From: an uncultured delta proteobacterium
Lineage (GTDB): Bacteria > Myxococcota_A > Polyangia > Polyangiales > B10-G4
Length of the DNA stretch: 64,000 bases
Reading direction: 5' to 3'
NCBI GenBank assembly: GCA_963727445.1
Contig: CAVSGI010000004.1
Span: 128,001-192,000 of the forward strand
Position numbers and translations under genes: made by a program
The notes under the pieces: generated by a model
The model's input: only the letters and a program-made list of their open reading frames with translations
Database searches by the model: none
Told to the model about the DNA's origin: nothing
In this document: piece by piece, positions 9,813-21,634 of the stretch
How positions within the stretch are numbered: position 1 is the stretch's first letter
Layout of the letters: each line of letters opens with the position of its first letter

Positions 9813-10424
9813 CTAGGGCATCTCGACGCGCAACGATCGGGTCAGGGTCTCGACGACCTCGGTGTGTTGATCCGGCGGATCGGTGAGCTCGATGAAGACG
9901 GTGACGGTGCGGCGGTTCAGCGCGAAGGTGAAGACCTCGGTGTGGACGATGGCGCCGTTGCGCGTGCGGTAGATGATTCGACGGCCGGGAGGCTCGCCGA
10001 TGACGAAGGGGCGCGCGGGCGCGTCGGCGTCCGCGATGATCTCCCCGCGCTGTCCGGCGCCTTCGCGGGCGTTGACGAGCTGAAGTCGCTGCGCCTCTTC
10101 CGGCGGCACCACGTCCGGGCTGGAGATGACCGTGAAGACGACGCCGCTCGGAAGTGTCACCCGGGAGGAGGCGATGCCCTGGGTGACGGTCTCCTCGTAT
10201 TCGCCGCCCACCAGCTCGGCGTAGGAGATCCCACCCGATGCGTGGCGCGGCCCCTGTGGCGGATCCGGGAGCTCCTCCTCTTCGGCTCGCGGCGCTTCAG
10301 GCGTTTCAGGCGCCTCGGCGGGCGCTTCTCTGGTGGGGGCTGTGGGGGCCCTCGAGGATTCGGAGCATCCCCCGACCCAGATGGTCGTGGACACGAACAA
10401 TGTGATGACGTATTTCTTGATCAT
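9813..10424 (-). CDS. Hypothetical lipoprotein
   Basis: MIKK plus hydrophobic stretch plus VGGC lipobox-like signal, Pro/Glu linker, globular C-terminus. Confidence 0.65.
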   Translation of the reverse strand: MIKKYVITLFVSTTIWVGGCSESSRAPTAPTREAPAEAPETPEAPRAEEEELPDPPQGPRHASGGISYAELVGGEYEETVTQGIASSRVTLPSGVVFTVISSPDVVPPEEAQRLQLVNAREGAGQRGEIIADADAPARPFVIGEPPGRRIIYRTRNGAIVHTEVFTFALNRRTVTVFIELTDPPDQHTEVVETLTRSLRVEMP

Positions 10425-10429
10425 CCAGA
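10415..10429. promoter_or_regulatory. Candidate MarR operator (7-1-7 inverted repeat)
   Basis: TCTTGAT-C-ATCCAGA (one mismatch from a perfect palindrome) in an AT-rich patch overlapping both divergent start codons. Confidence 0.45.
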
Positions 10430-10884
10430 TGGGTGGAGGCGGGCGAGACGATGGGGCGGAGGAGCGTGAAGCCTATCTGAATCTCGTTCGGACACACGAG
10501 AGACTGAACAGAGATCTCGCACGCTTCTTCGAGGAGCGTGGAACCACCCACCAGCAATACCGGGTGCTCGCCGTTCTGTTCGAGAACGAACGCGAGGAAG
10601 GGCTCTCCTGTCAGGAGATCGGTGAACGGATGGTCAACCACGTCCCCGACGTGACGCGGCTGCTCGACCGTCTCGAAAGAGCAGGCCTGGTGGCGCGTGC
10701 GCGCTGCAAGCGCGACCGCCGGGTCGTCCGCAGCCGGCTCACCATCAAGGGAAAGACCCTCGTCGAGCGCACCGAGAAGCCCCTCGCGGACGCGCAGCGC
10801 GCGCTCCTCGGTGGGCTCACCGAGAACGAGCTCCGCACCCTGCGGATGCTGCTCGAAAAGACGTCGAGCGACAGCGGCGACTGA
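10429..10884 (+). CDS. MarR family transcriptional regulator
   Basis: THQQYRVL, EIGERM...PDVTRLLDRLERAGLVAR...DRRVVRSRLTIKG winged HTH signature. Confidence 0.9.
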   Translation: MGGGGRDDGAEEREAYLNLVRTHERLNRDLARFFEERGTTHQQYRVLAVLFENEREEGLSCQEIGERMVNHVPDVTRLLDRLERAGLVARARCKRDRRVVRSRLTIKGKTLVERTEKPLADAQRALLGGLTENELRTLRMLLEKTSSDSGD

Positions 10885-11039
10885 CGCCCCCGCCCGCCTC
10901 CTGCCGGCACGCCCAGACAGCGCGATTCAGCCGTGATCCGCGGCGACTTCCCCTGTTATCCTCGCCAGTCCGGCGGGACGGCGGGGAGGTTCCACCGGGT
11001 GAGTTGGCGGCGATCTCAGAGATCAGGAGCGGATGACAG

Positions 11040-14000
11040 ATGGCGGACGAGGCGCTCACAGAGGCGATCGAAAACGCGCGCGCGAACCCTTCCGACGAGG
11101 ATGCATGGGACGCGTTGGAAGATCTGGCAGCGGATAGTCAGAGCCCGGACGAAGTGGCCGAGCTCTACCGCGACGTGATCTCGGGAGACATCGAGCCGGC
11201 GCTGGCGGCGACTCTCGGTCAACGCGCGATGAACTTTCTCGAGGAGTGGTTCGGGGAAGACTCGCCGCATCTGGTCCAGATCCTCGACACGGTCCTGTCG
11301 AAGGATCCGTCGGCGGACTGGGCGTTCCAGCGCCTCACCGTCGTCCACACCGCGGCCGGTCGCTTCGACGATCTCCTGGCCCTCTACGACCGCGCGCTCG
11401 CCGCAGCCGCCGACGACGACGCGCGCGCGGCGCTCCTCGACGAGGCCGCCAACGTCGCCAAGGACTTCGCCGGCGACTCGGTCCGCGCCATCGGCTACAT
11501 GAAGCAGCTCCTTCCTCTGAAGAAGAAGGACAAGAGCCTCGCCTCGGCTCTCGAGCGCCTCCTCGAAAAGGAAGGTCAGTGGACCGACCTGATCGAGTTC
11601 TGGAACGGCCGCATCGGCGACCTCGAGAAGAAGGCCGACGTCTTCGCGACGCACGAGCGCATCGCCGCCTGCTATCTCGACAACCTCCACCAGCCTGGCA
11701 GCGCGCTCGCGGAGATCGAAACGCTCCTCGAGGCCGGCGGGGGAGGCGACGGCGTCATCGAAGTGCTCGAACGCATCGGGCGCAGCGAGGACGCCGACGA
11801 CACGGTTCGCACCAGCGCTCTCGAGCGCCTGAAGGAACAGTACGAGGCCGCCGGTCGCACCGAGGACGTGGTGCGCATCCTGGGCGAGGCGCTCGAGATC
11901 GCGGGCACCGAGGAGCGCGTGGAGCTGCATCGAGAGGCGGCCGAGCAGCTCGCCGAGGCAGGGAACCTCGAGCAGGCCTTCGGCCATTTCGAGAAGCTCA
12001 TCGCCCTCGATCCGACGGCGCAGGACGCCCTCGAGTCGCTACGCAAATGGGCCGAATCCCTCGATGCGCACGCCCGATTCGCCGATGCCCTCGGCGCAGC
12101 CGCCGACGAGAGTGAAGAGGCGGAGCCGCGCATCGCGCTGCGGGTGGAGGCGGCCGACATCCGCCGCACCAAGCTCGGCCAGGTCGAGGAGTCCATCGCG
12201 CTCTACCAAAAGGTGCTGGGTGAGGCGGAGGCGTCGGACGCGATCGTGCTCAAGGTGGCGCGCCGCCTCAACGACCTGCTCGCCACCGCGGGCCGCATCG
12301 AGGAGCGGCTCACCGTTCTCGAGCGCCTCTCCGCCATCGAGCCCGAGGCCGCGGACCGACGCGCCATCGTCGGCCAGGTCGCGCGCGCGGCGTACGAGCT
12401 CGGCGACGTCGACCGCGCCATCGCTTCCTGGCAGCGACGCCTCGCGGAAGACGCCTCGGACTTCGAAGCGCTCGACGCGATGGTCGACATCCTCGAGCGC
12501 GAGGAGCGCTACGCCGAGTTGGTCGAGGTGCTCCGAAAGCGAGCGGCGGCCGCGTCCGCGGCGTTCCGTCGTCGCGCGGACCTCGTGCGCATCGCACGGG
12601 TGCAGCGCGGGGAGCTCTCCGACGTCGACGGCGCCATCGCCACCTGGTCGAGCGTCGCCGAAGAGTTCGGTGAAGATCCGGAGACTGTCGACGCCCTCGC
12701 CGAGCTGCTGAGCACGGCGAGCCGCTGGAACGACGTCTCGGAGCTTCTCGGGCGCGCCGCCGACCGCGAGGCCGATCACGTCGCCAGCATCTACGCGCGC
12801 ATCGGCAACGTGCAGCGCGAGCAGATGGGCGAGCTCGCCCACGCGACCGAGGCGTACGCCAGCGCGCTGCGCATCGATCCGGGGTTTGCACCCGCGCGCG
12901 AAGGTCTCGCGGCGCTTCTCGAGGTCGAGGAGCTGCGCGGGCCCGCGGCCGAGGCGCTGGCTGCGGCCTACGGCCTGACCGACGAGTGGCAGGCGAAGCT
13001 CGACCTGCTCCAGTACCGTCTGGCCGCGGCGGACTCGGACATGAGCCGCGTTCGCCTCTATCGCGAAGCCGCCAAGATCCAGGAAGAGCGCGCCGAGGAC
13101 CTCGGCGCTGCGCTCACCTCGATGCGTCACGCGATGGCCCTCGCGCCGGAGCTGCGAGACATCGAAGGCGACGTCTTCCGCCTGGCCGAGGCGACCGGAC
13201 AGTGGATGATCGCCGTCGAGGCCATCCGTGACGCGGTGGAGCGTCTCGGCGAGGACGCCGCGCGCTCGCGCTACCTGCGCTTCTGGGAGGGTCGCCTCGT
13301 CGAAGAGCATCTGGACGATGCCGAAGGGGCGCTCGCGGCTTTCGGCAAGGTCTTCGACGCCGAGCCGACGCGAGTGGACGCCGCGGTGGCGGTGGTGCGC
13401 ACCGCAGGCAAGGCGGGCCGCTGGGGCCGCGCCGCCGAGGCGCTCGTGAAGGCGAGCCGTGCCGACAAGAAGATCCCCGACGAAGTGCGCGAGGCCGTGG
13501 AGACCGCGGCCGCGGATTCGGGAGCGTGGGGCGAGATCGCGTCGGCTCTCGAAGGCTCGGTGGGAAGCGCCGAGGGCATTCAGTCGCGCCTCGCGCGTCA
13601 GCTCGAGGTGCTCGCCGCCGAATGGCACGAGAATCGTCGCGAAGATCAGGACTCGGCGCAGGCTGCCTACGCGCGCGCCGTCAAGCACGACGACGCGGAC
13701 ATCGCCACCCTGACCGAGCTCGCCCGTCTTCAGCGTCGCATCGGCGGCCGTCCGCTCTTCGACACGCTGATGCGAATGGCCGACCTCGTCGAGGAGGACT
13801 TGAATCCCCTCCGCGAAGCGACGGAGATCGCGCTCGGCGGTGGCGTCGAGGATCCCGCGCTCGCGCTCCGGACGACGGAGCGCCTCTACCGCGAGGGCAC
13901 GCGGCTCTGGCGCCGCGGCGCGACGACCGCGGGTGAGGCACAGCCCGAGGAGACGACGCGCTGGGCGCTCGATCAGCTGGTGCAGATCCACGAGCGCGAT

Positions 14001-17000
14001 CAGGCGTCGGACAAGGCGGTGTCGCTTCTCGCGGACGCGGCCCTGCTTCCGGTGAGCGCCGAGACCTCCCTCGAGTGGCGCCGGCGGGCGGCGGACATCG
14101 CGACCGAGTCGGGCGACAACGCCCGCGCCATCGTTCTGTACCGCGGCATCCTCGACGAAACGCCGGACGACACGGAGGTGCTCGCGTCGCTCTCCGCCGT
14201 CTGCGAGAAGGAAGACCGCCTCCCGGAGATGATGGCGCTGCTCTCCCACGAGCTGAGCCTCACGGAGGACGCCGAACGGCGCCTTCAGAATCCGCCTCGA
14301 CCTCGCGCGGCTGGTGGGCGAGCTCGAGCGGCGCGGCGGCCGCGTCGAGGCGCTCGAAGCGAACCTCGAGGAGCAGCCCGGCCACGAGCCCTCCATCGAA
14401 GCGATCATCGAGGTGCTCGAAGGCGGCCGGCGTTACGGGCAGCTCGCCGACGTGCTGGCCGATCAGGCCACACGCCTCGAAGCGGACGGCGAGGCCAAGC
14501 GCGCGGCGCGCCTCTGGGCCAAGGTCGCCACCCTGGCCGAGGATCGCCTCGACGACGTCGACCGCGCCCTCGACGCGCATCGCAAGGTGGTCGAGCTCTC
14601 GGCGACCCCGAGGGCCCTCGACGCCCTGGCGCGCCTGCACACCGACCGCGGCCAGCACGCCGCGGCGGCCCAATGGCTCGAGCGACGTCTCAGCGTGGCC
14701 GAGGATCACGAGCGAACCGACGTCGCGGTCTCGTTGGCCGAGGCTCACCTCGGTGCGGGTCAGGTGCCGCGCGCCGTCGCGGTGCTCGAGCAGGCTCTCG
14801 AAGGCGCGCCCGAGCGCTCCGACGTGCGCGACATGCTCGCCGCGCAGTACCGCGCGACGAACGCGACCGAACCCCTCGCCGCGCTCCTCACCACGGCGGG
14901 CGCCTACGTCGACGACGACGAGACCCTGCTCGCCTACGCACGCGAGGCCAGCGATCTCTTCGCCGCCATCGACCAGCCCGACCGCGCCATTCCGGTTCTC
15001 GAGCGCGCCGCAGCGCGCGCCGACAAGGATCGCGACATCCGCACCCGACTCGCCGAGGGCCTGCTTCGCGCCGAGCGCTACGACGAGGCGGCGGACATCC
15101 TCGATGAGGTCGTCAAGAGCTACGGCCGGCGGCGCAACGCCGATCGCGCCGGCACCCATCATCAGCTCGCGCGCGTGCACAAGGCGCGCGGCGACATGGA
15201 CGCGGCCCTCGAGCAGCTCGAGCTCGCGTCCAAGATGGACGTCTCCAACCCGGTCATCCTCCGCGCCCTGGGCGAGATGTCCCACGAGGCGGGTGACCTC
15301 GATCGCGCCGAGCGCGCCTATCGGGCACTGCTACTCATCGTGCGCCGCCAGAAGCCGGAAGACCTGGTGGTGGGTGCGAGCGAGGTGCAGTACGAGCTCG
15401 GCCGCATCGCCAAGGCGCGCGACGACGAGGAGACCGCCGAGGAGCTCTTCGAGAGCGCCCTCGAGACGGCGAAGTCGAGCGACATCGAAGCGGAGCGGCT
15501 CGAGGCCACGCTGGTCGCGCAGGGTGAGCACGCGCTCGCCAAGCGTGCCCTCGAAGGGCGGCTTTCGACCGCGAAGGAAGCCGAGTCTCGGGCGCGACTC
15601 CTGGGGCGCCTGGCCGCGCTCCTCGATGCCCACCTCGACGCCTCCGACGACGCGCTCGGGCGTTACCTCGAAGCGCTGGACCTCGCGCCGGCCGACGCCG
15701 AGCTCCACGCGGCGACCCGCGCGCTCGCGCGCCGCATCGATGCATCCGACCAGTACGCCAAGAAGCTCCAGGCCCTCGCCAAGGCGGCCGACGATGTCGC
15801 GATCCAGTCCGACCTCTACTTCCGACTCGGCGAAGTGGTCGAGCAGGATCAGGACAAGGCCAAGCGCGCGAAGAAGCACTTCGCGAAGGTCGAGGAGCTC
15901 GGTCAAAAGGTCAGCGACGCGTGGAGGGCGCTCGCGCGTGTCGCCTCCTCCATCGGCGACACCGACGAAGAGCTCCGTGTGCTGACGCAGCTGGTGGCCG
16001 CCGGCGAAGAAGTCGCGTCTCCGGCCGAGCGCGTCGACGCGATGTTCCGCCTGGCCGAGGTGCAACTCGAGCGCGAGGAGTTCCGCGACGAGGGCGTCGA
16101 AACGATGACTCAGGCCCTCGACTTCGAGCCGCGCAACTCCATCGCCGCCGGTGTCCTCAAGGTCACGAGCGACAGCGCGCCGGAGCACAGCGGCGTGCTT
16201 CGCGTCTACGAGCGCGTGGCGCGCGGGTCGGGCGAGCCCCTCTATCTCCTCGACTTCTTCGAGAAGCGTGCTCGCAAGGAGGACGCGACCCTCGGAGAGG
16301 TGCGCGAAGGCGTCGAGCTCGCGACCGAGCACGAAGAGTCGGAGCGCGCCGAGAAGCTCCTCGAGCGTGCCGCGGAGATCGCGCGGGGGGCCGACGACGG
16401 CCTCGCGGGCGCGCTCTGGGTGCCCACGCAGCTCGCGCAGTTCCGGCGCGCGGCGGGCGACATGACCGGCGCCATCCGCTGGTACAACGAGGCGGCCGAA
16501 GCGGCAGACGAAGAGCGCGCTTACGAGCTGCGCATCGAAGCTGCCACCCTGGCTGCGGCCGACGACTCGAGCCTCGACCTCGCGGCCGAGCAGCTCGAGC
16601 GGTTGCTCGAGCGCGATCCTCAGGACCAGCGGGTGTGGAAGCCGCTCCTCGAGGTGCAGCGCCGGCGTGGCGACGAGGATCGGCTGAACGACATCGTGAT
16701 CGCGACCGTCGACGCGCTCCTCGATCCCTCGCTTCGCAACCAGGCGCGCATGCAGAAGGTCTACTTCCTGCTCGAGCAGGAGGGCCGCGAGCCCGACGCC
16801 GCCGACGCGCTGCGGGCGGTCCTCGAAGAGGAGCCAGAGCACGCGGAGGCCGGTCGCCTCCTCGCCGACCTCTTCGAGAAGACCGGCTACGACGAGGACC
16901 TGGTCGACCTGCTGTCGCGGCAGCTCGACATCGCACGCGACAATCAGGACCTCGACCAGATCCGCGAGCTCTCCCTCCGCCTCGGCGGCATCCTCGAGAA

Positions 17001-18780
17001 GGTGCGTCGTGAAGACGCGATGGACGTCTACCGGCGCGCCCTCGACTGGGTCCCGCAGGATCGCGACATCGCCCAGGCCCTCCTCGCCCAGCTCGGGCCC
17101 GAGGACGACCCCCGCGAGCGCATCGAAGTGCTCGAGAAGCTCCTCGCCACCGAGACCGGGGACGCCGCCGCGAAGCTCTCCATGGAGCTGGCCTCGGAGT
17201 GGGAGCGGCTGGAAGAGCCAGACGGCGTCCAGCGCGCCCTCGAGCTCGGCTACCAGGGCTGCCCGGAGAACGACGAGATCCGCAGTCGCCTCGAGGGCTG
17301 GTACCTCGAGCGCGACCTCACCGAACCGCTGGTCGCCTTCCGGCGTGCCGAAGCGGCGCGCATCGCCGATCCGGTGCAGTCGGTGGCGCTGCTGCGCGAG
17401 GCGGCAGCGACCTACCGCGACACGCTCGGTGATCCGGCGGCGGCGGCGGCGACTCTCGCCGAGGCGCGCGGCTGGGCGCCCGACGACGTGGTGCTGCTCT
17501 CCGAGCTGGTACAGGCGCGGGTGGCGGCGTCGGATTACGAGACCGCGACCGAAGAGGTGGCGGCGGCGATCGACGACGGGCTCGGTGGTCCGGAGTCTCG
17601 GGTCACGCTGCTTCGTCTCCGCGCCTCCCTCAGCCTCGCCACCGGCGATCAGGAGTCGGCCATCGCCGACCTCGAAGAGGCGTACGCCACCGGAGGCGCG
17701 GAGGTCGGTCCGGATCTGGTGGAGGCGCTCCGCGCACGGCGCGAGTCCTGTGCGGGGATCGGCGACGCCGAAGGCGAACGGGGCGCCACCCTGCGCCTGG
17801 TACAGGTGCTGTCGGAGATCGAGCAGACCGACGAGGCGCGAGACATCCTCGCCGACCACGTCAGTCGCGCGCCCGACGACCGGGAAGCGCTCTACATGCT
17901 GCGCGACGTTGACGACGCGGCGGGCCGCTGGCCGCAGCTGGCGGATACCTGCGCGCGTCTGATCGATATCGAGAGCGGCGACGAGCAGATCGACGCGGCG
18001 CTCCGCCTGGCGGACGCCTGGACGCAGGCGGGCGACCCGGGTAACGCGCGCGGCGCCCTCGAACGCGTCGCCGAGGCCCAGCCCGACAACCTGGTGATCC
18101 GCAATCGGCTCCGGGATCTCTACGAGCAGGCCGGTGCACATGGCGAGCTCGGACGTCTGCTGATGGCCGACGTCCAGAACACCGAGGACGAGGAAGAGCG
18201 CTACGAGCTCCTGAGGCGCGCGGGCGACATGTTCGTGCGCGCGGGTGATGGCGACGCGGCGATCGTCCCACTCGAGCAGGCGGCGCAGCTCCGGCCGGAC
18301 GACCACGCGGTGATCATCCTCCTGGTCGACGGCTACATCACGAGCGAGCGCTTCGCCGACGCGGGACAGCTCCTCGAGCAGTCCATCGCCAACCACACGC
18401 GGCGCCGCTCCCCCGAGCTGGCGCAGCTCCAGGCCCGCATGGCGAGGCTGGCCGCGGCCGCCGGCGATCCGAACCTGCAGATGCAGTGGCTCAACGCGGC
18501 GATGGACAGCGACAAGTCGAACGGCGTCATCGCAGCCGAGCTCGCGGAGCTGGCGATGCAGCTCGGAGACCACGACACCGCGCTCAACGCCCTGCGCGTG
18601 GTCACCCTCAACAAGACCGAGGGGCCGATGAGCCGCGCCATGGCCTTCCTCCTGCAGGCCCGCATCGCGCACGAGCGAGGCGAAGCCCGCCGCGCCCTGC
18701 TCTGGGCCCGCAAGGCCAAGAGCGAGGATCCCGAGCTGGCCGAGGCGGAGGAGTTTCTCCGTATGATCGGCGAAGGCTGA
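11040..18780 (+). CDS. Giant TPR/alpha-solenoid protein, about 2580 aa after correcting a +1 frameshift at ~14289 (myxobacterial AgmK-like class)
   Basis: Continuous TPR-like repeats in ORFs 11040.. and 14314..18780; removing one A at 14289/14290 restores ...RRLQIRLDLARLVGELE...; AGGAG upstream of the GTG. Confidence 0.8.
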
Positions 18781-18829
18781 GATGGGCGTCCGCTTCGGGC
18801 CCGAGGCCTCGGACCCCAATCGAACGCTC

Positions 18830-20494
18830 ATGAATGCACGAACCCTGCTCTGCCTGACGCTGGTGACTGCGTCGGGGTGTTCCTTTGTCTTCAGCGATGC
18901 GAAGTACATCGACAACGATGCGGAGATCCCCTTCGACACCGGCGCGGGGGACGCGGACGGCGGTGACGGAGGCGACGCGGGGGACGCGACGATGGACGGG
19001 GACGCGGGCGACGGTGGGACGGGATGCGTCGTCGACCCGTCGCTCTGCACCGAAGGGACGCGCTGCGCGGCCGACGGGCGCTGCGTCGCCTGCGACGCGG
19101 ATGGCGACGGGACCTACGCGCCGGACAGCACCTGCGACGCGATGGCCGGCGATGCTGCCCGCGATTGCGACGACGACGACGGCGACATCTACCCGGGCGC
19201 CCCGCCGGTGTGCGGCGACGGGAAGATCAACGGCTGCGATGCCGGGCCGGAGTCGTTTCGAACGGCGCTGTCGGTCGGGGAGATCGGGGCGCTCGGCGTC
19301 GAGCGCATCACCCCGATGGTCACCGGAGACGACCTGTCGTCGCTGGCGCTCGACGTGACGGCGGACACGGGGGCGGTCGCTCCGGTCGTCGTGATGGCGT
19401 GGGCGACCGAATCGAACGGCGGCCGCTTCCTCGCCGCCGATCCGAACGACCTCAGCCGGCTCAGCGCCTTCGGCATCGGCATCGACACGGTCGCGGTCGA
19501 CCTTCGCTCCATCTCGGACACCGGCGCCGTCATCCGCGCCTTGCGCCAAGGGACGACGGCGGGCGTCGAGCTGACGACCATCGCCTTTTCGGCGACGGAT
19601 CCCACCACGCTCGGCACGCCCGCCGGCTACGCCTTCGATGACGGTCCCTGCGCGAGCGCGGCCGAGGCGGGTGACATCGCGAGCAATCTGGTGGTCGATG
19701 CGACGGGAGCCGCGGTGTGGCTCCTCGGAGGCTCTGCGCGTGGTGTCCACGTCACCGACGCCGACGTCGTCAGCTGCTTCACCATGCCCGCCGGTGCGTA
19801 CCGCCTCGCCGGCACGACGAGCGAGGTGGTGGGTGCCGCCGCTCCGGTGGACGGCAGCTTCCGCGCGATTCGCGCCGCCGACGACGCAGTCGACGCGATC
19901 GCGAGCGGCGCCGGTCCGAGCCGGGTCGAAGCCCCTGGTTTCGCCTTCGTCCGCGCGGCCACCCACGACCTTCATCTCGGCGCCCTCGTGGGTGAGGACG
20001 GACGGACCCGCACCGTGCCCGTCGAGTGCACACCGGGTGGCGCCTGTGCCCCGTCGCCCATGGCGGGCGGTGTCTTCGATGCCGCCACCGGAGTGAGCGA
20101 TACCTACGGTGCCGCCTTGGACGCGCTGACCGGCGACCACCTGGCGCTGGTGCAGATCGAAGAGCGAGGCTCGGCTCCGGCGCCCGACGACCAATCGCAC
20201 GAGGTCGTCCTTCGCCTGCTGAGCTATCCCGCCACGGCGGTGGGCGGAGACGGCGCGAGCGGCCCCGGGGAGTCCCTGCTCCTTCATCGCCACAGCTTCG
20301 CGAGCGCGGACCGCGACCACTCGGAGGTCCGAGAGGTCGAGGTCGCCTCGTTGCGTGACGCGTCGAGCGGGGACCTCTCCCTCTACTGGGCCGCCCGAAT
20401 CGGCGATCGCCGACTCGCGCCCGGCTCCACCGACGACCCATCCGCGGACAACGAGATCCGCTACGGAGGAGTGCGATTTTGCGTGAGCGAATGA
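18830..20494 (+). CDS. Lipoprotein with putative metal-binding (Cu-binding MopE-like) motif
   Basis: Lipobox ASGC; Asp/Gly linker; CDADGDG...DCDDDDGDIYPGAPPVCGDGKINGCD motif. Confidence 0.7.
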   Translation: MNARTLLCLTLVTASGCSFVFSDAKYIDNDAEIPFDTGAGDADGGDGGDAGDATMDGDAGDGGTGCVVDPSLCTEGTRCAADGRCVACDADGDGTYAPDSTCDAMAGDAARDCDDDDGDIYPGAPPVCGDGKINGCDAGPESFRTALSVGEIGALGVERITPMVTGDDLSSLALDVTADTGAVAPVVVMAWATESNGGRFLAADPNDLSRLSAFGIGIDTVAVDLRSISDTGAVIRALRQGTTAGVELTTIAFSATDPTTLGTPAGYAFDDGPCASAAEAGDIASNLVVDATGAAVWLLGGSARGVHVTDADVVSCFTMPAGAYRLAGTTSEVVGAAAPVDGSFRAIRAADDAVDAIASGAGPSRVEAPGFAFVRAATHDLHLGALVGEDGRTRTVPVECTPGGACAPSPMAGGVFDAATGVSDTYGAALDALTGDHLALVQIEERGSAPAPDDQSHEVVLRLLSYPATAVGGDGASGPGESLLLHRHSFASADRDHSEVREVEVASLRDASSGDLSLYWAARIGDRRLAPGSTDDPSADNEIRYGGVRFCVSE

Positions 20495-21516
20495 CACGAC
20501 TTCTTCTGCTCTTCGGCTGCCTCGCGCTGACGCCGACGGTGGTGTGCGCGCAGGACACGGAGACGGACTCAGACTCCGGAACGGAGACGGAGGCGGGGAC
20601 GGAGCCAGACGTGGACGCGGGTTCGGATTCGGATTCGGGACGCGACGCGGTGCGCGCAGGCGGTGACCCCTCCCTCGCGGAGGCCGGGGATGGCCCAGCG
20701 GCGGATGGGCCTTCGGGGACGGGGGCCGCGGGAACGGGAACGGGAACGGGAACGGGAACGGGAGCGGGAACGGGAGCGGGAACGGGAACGGGAACGGGAA
20801 CGGGAGCGGGAACGGGAACGGGAACGGGAACGGGAACGGGAACGGGAACGGGAACGGGAACGGGAACGTCTGATCCGCGCGCGGAGCGTGCGACGCTTCA
20901 CCTCGAGCTCGCCACCGCGCATTTCGACGCTGGGCGTTACGATCAGGCGCTCCTCGAGCTGCAGACCGTGCGCGAGATCACCGGGCGGGACGACCTGCTC
21001 TACAACATGGCGCGCTGCTACGAGGCGATGGGGCGCATCGACACCGCCATCGCCTACTACAAGCGCTTCCTCCACACGAATCCGGGGGAGGGGGAGGCAC
21101 ACGACGACGCCGTCGAACGCGTCGCCCGCCTCGAAGCGCCGGTGGAAGAGGATGAGGTGGGGGAGCTCCCCGGCGCAGGCACGCTGATCGGCCTCTCCAT
21201 CGGTGGTGTGGGCCTGCTCACCGGTGCGGTCTTCGGGATCCTGACCCTGGTCGAGGACGGTTCGCTGTCCAGCGGATGTGGTGCGACTCACAGCTGCACC
21301 GCCGAAGATCTCGGCGACATCCGCGTCTATCGAAGCGTGGCCGACCTGGCCTTCGCGCTCGCCGCCATCGGGGGCATCGCGGGCACCATCGGCCTCTTTC
21401 TCTGGCTCGGCGAAAAGAATGGCGACGACGAGGATGCGGAGGAGACCCGCGCCACCTTCTCGCCCTGGGTGATCCCGGGACAGGGGGCAGGTGGCACGGC
21501 GACGGTTCGCTTCTAA
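20491..21516 (+). CDS. Exported TPR protein with Gly-Thr repeat linker and C-terminal hydrophobic segments
   Basis: ATGA overlap; signal peptide; TPR ([26 protein letters not shown]); two hydrophobic helices; terminal GGTATVRF. Confidence 0.75.
   Translation: MTRLLLLFGCLALTPTVVCAQDTETDSDSGTETEAGTEPDVDAGSDSDSGRDAVRAGGDPSLAEAGDGPAADGPSGTGAAGTGTGTGTGTGAGTGAGTGTGTGTGAGTGTGTGTGTGTGTGTGTGTSDPRAERATLHLELATAHFDAGRYDQALLELQTVREITGRDDLLYNMARCYEAMGRIDTAIAYYKRFLHTNPGEGEAHDDAVERVARLEAPVEEDEVGELPGAGTLIGLSIGGVGLLTGAVFGILTLVEDGSLSSGCGATHSCTAEDLGDIRVYRSVADLAFALAAIGGIAGTIGLFLWLGEKNGDDEDAEETRATFSPWVIPGQGAGGTATVRF
20731..20868 (+). repeat. Hexanucleotide tandem repeat (GGAACG/GGAGCG) x23 encoding (Gly-Thr/Gly-Ala)n
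   Basis: Counted directly: 23 units, three of them GGAGCG. Confidence 0.97.
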
Positions 21517-21585
21517 ACGAACGACCACGACTCTGGAACGTTCCTCGCTCGCAATCCGCCGTCCCACAATCGTGGTCGTTCATTT
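21515..21585. repeat. 16-bp intergenic inverted repeat with 39-nt spacer
   Basis: AAACGAACGACCACGA (21515-21530) versus TCGTGGTCGTTCATTT (21570-21585): 15/16 complementary. Confidence 0.8.
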
Positions 21586-21594
21586 CGGGCGCTC

Positions 21595-21623
21595 TTTACA
21601 GCGGTGGGGGGGAGCCCTACCTT
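21595..21623 (+). promoter_or_regulatory. Candidate sigma70 promoter of glpK
   Basis: TTTACA-N17-TACCTT ending 11 bp before the glpK ATG. Confidence 0.6.
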
Positions 21624-21634
21624 TTAGGTCTTAC

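Noticed and set aside
10905..10921. GGCACG as a sigma54 site upstream of the giant TPR gene
   Set aside because: No GC at the -12 position at the required GG-N10-GC spacing.
14286..14292. Programmed ribosomal frameshifting in the TPR, srfB-like or pspA genes
   Set aside because: No slippery heptamer or stimulatory structure, and the shared motif occurs in both coding orientations.
15331..19050. Very long antisense ORFs (this 1239-aa one, also 1979-4531, 12039-14408, 41974-44487, 59681-61333)
   Set aside because: Mirror frames of well-supported genes; stop-poor because of high GC3; no recognisable motifs.
20731..20868. Possible CRISPR array
   Set aside because: Contiguous 6-bp units without spacers; no cas genes; no repeat-spacer array seen anywhere in the window.
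20569..21567. (RS)n and (ER)n repeat proteins in alternative frames
   Set aside because: Other-frame readings of the GGAACG repeat in the TPR gene.
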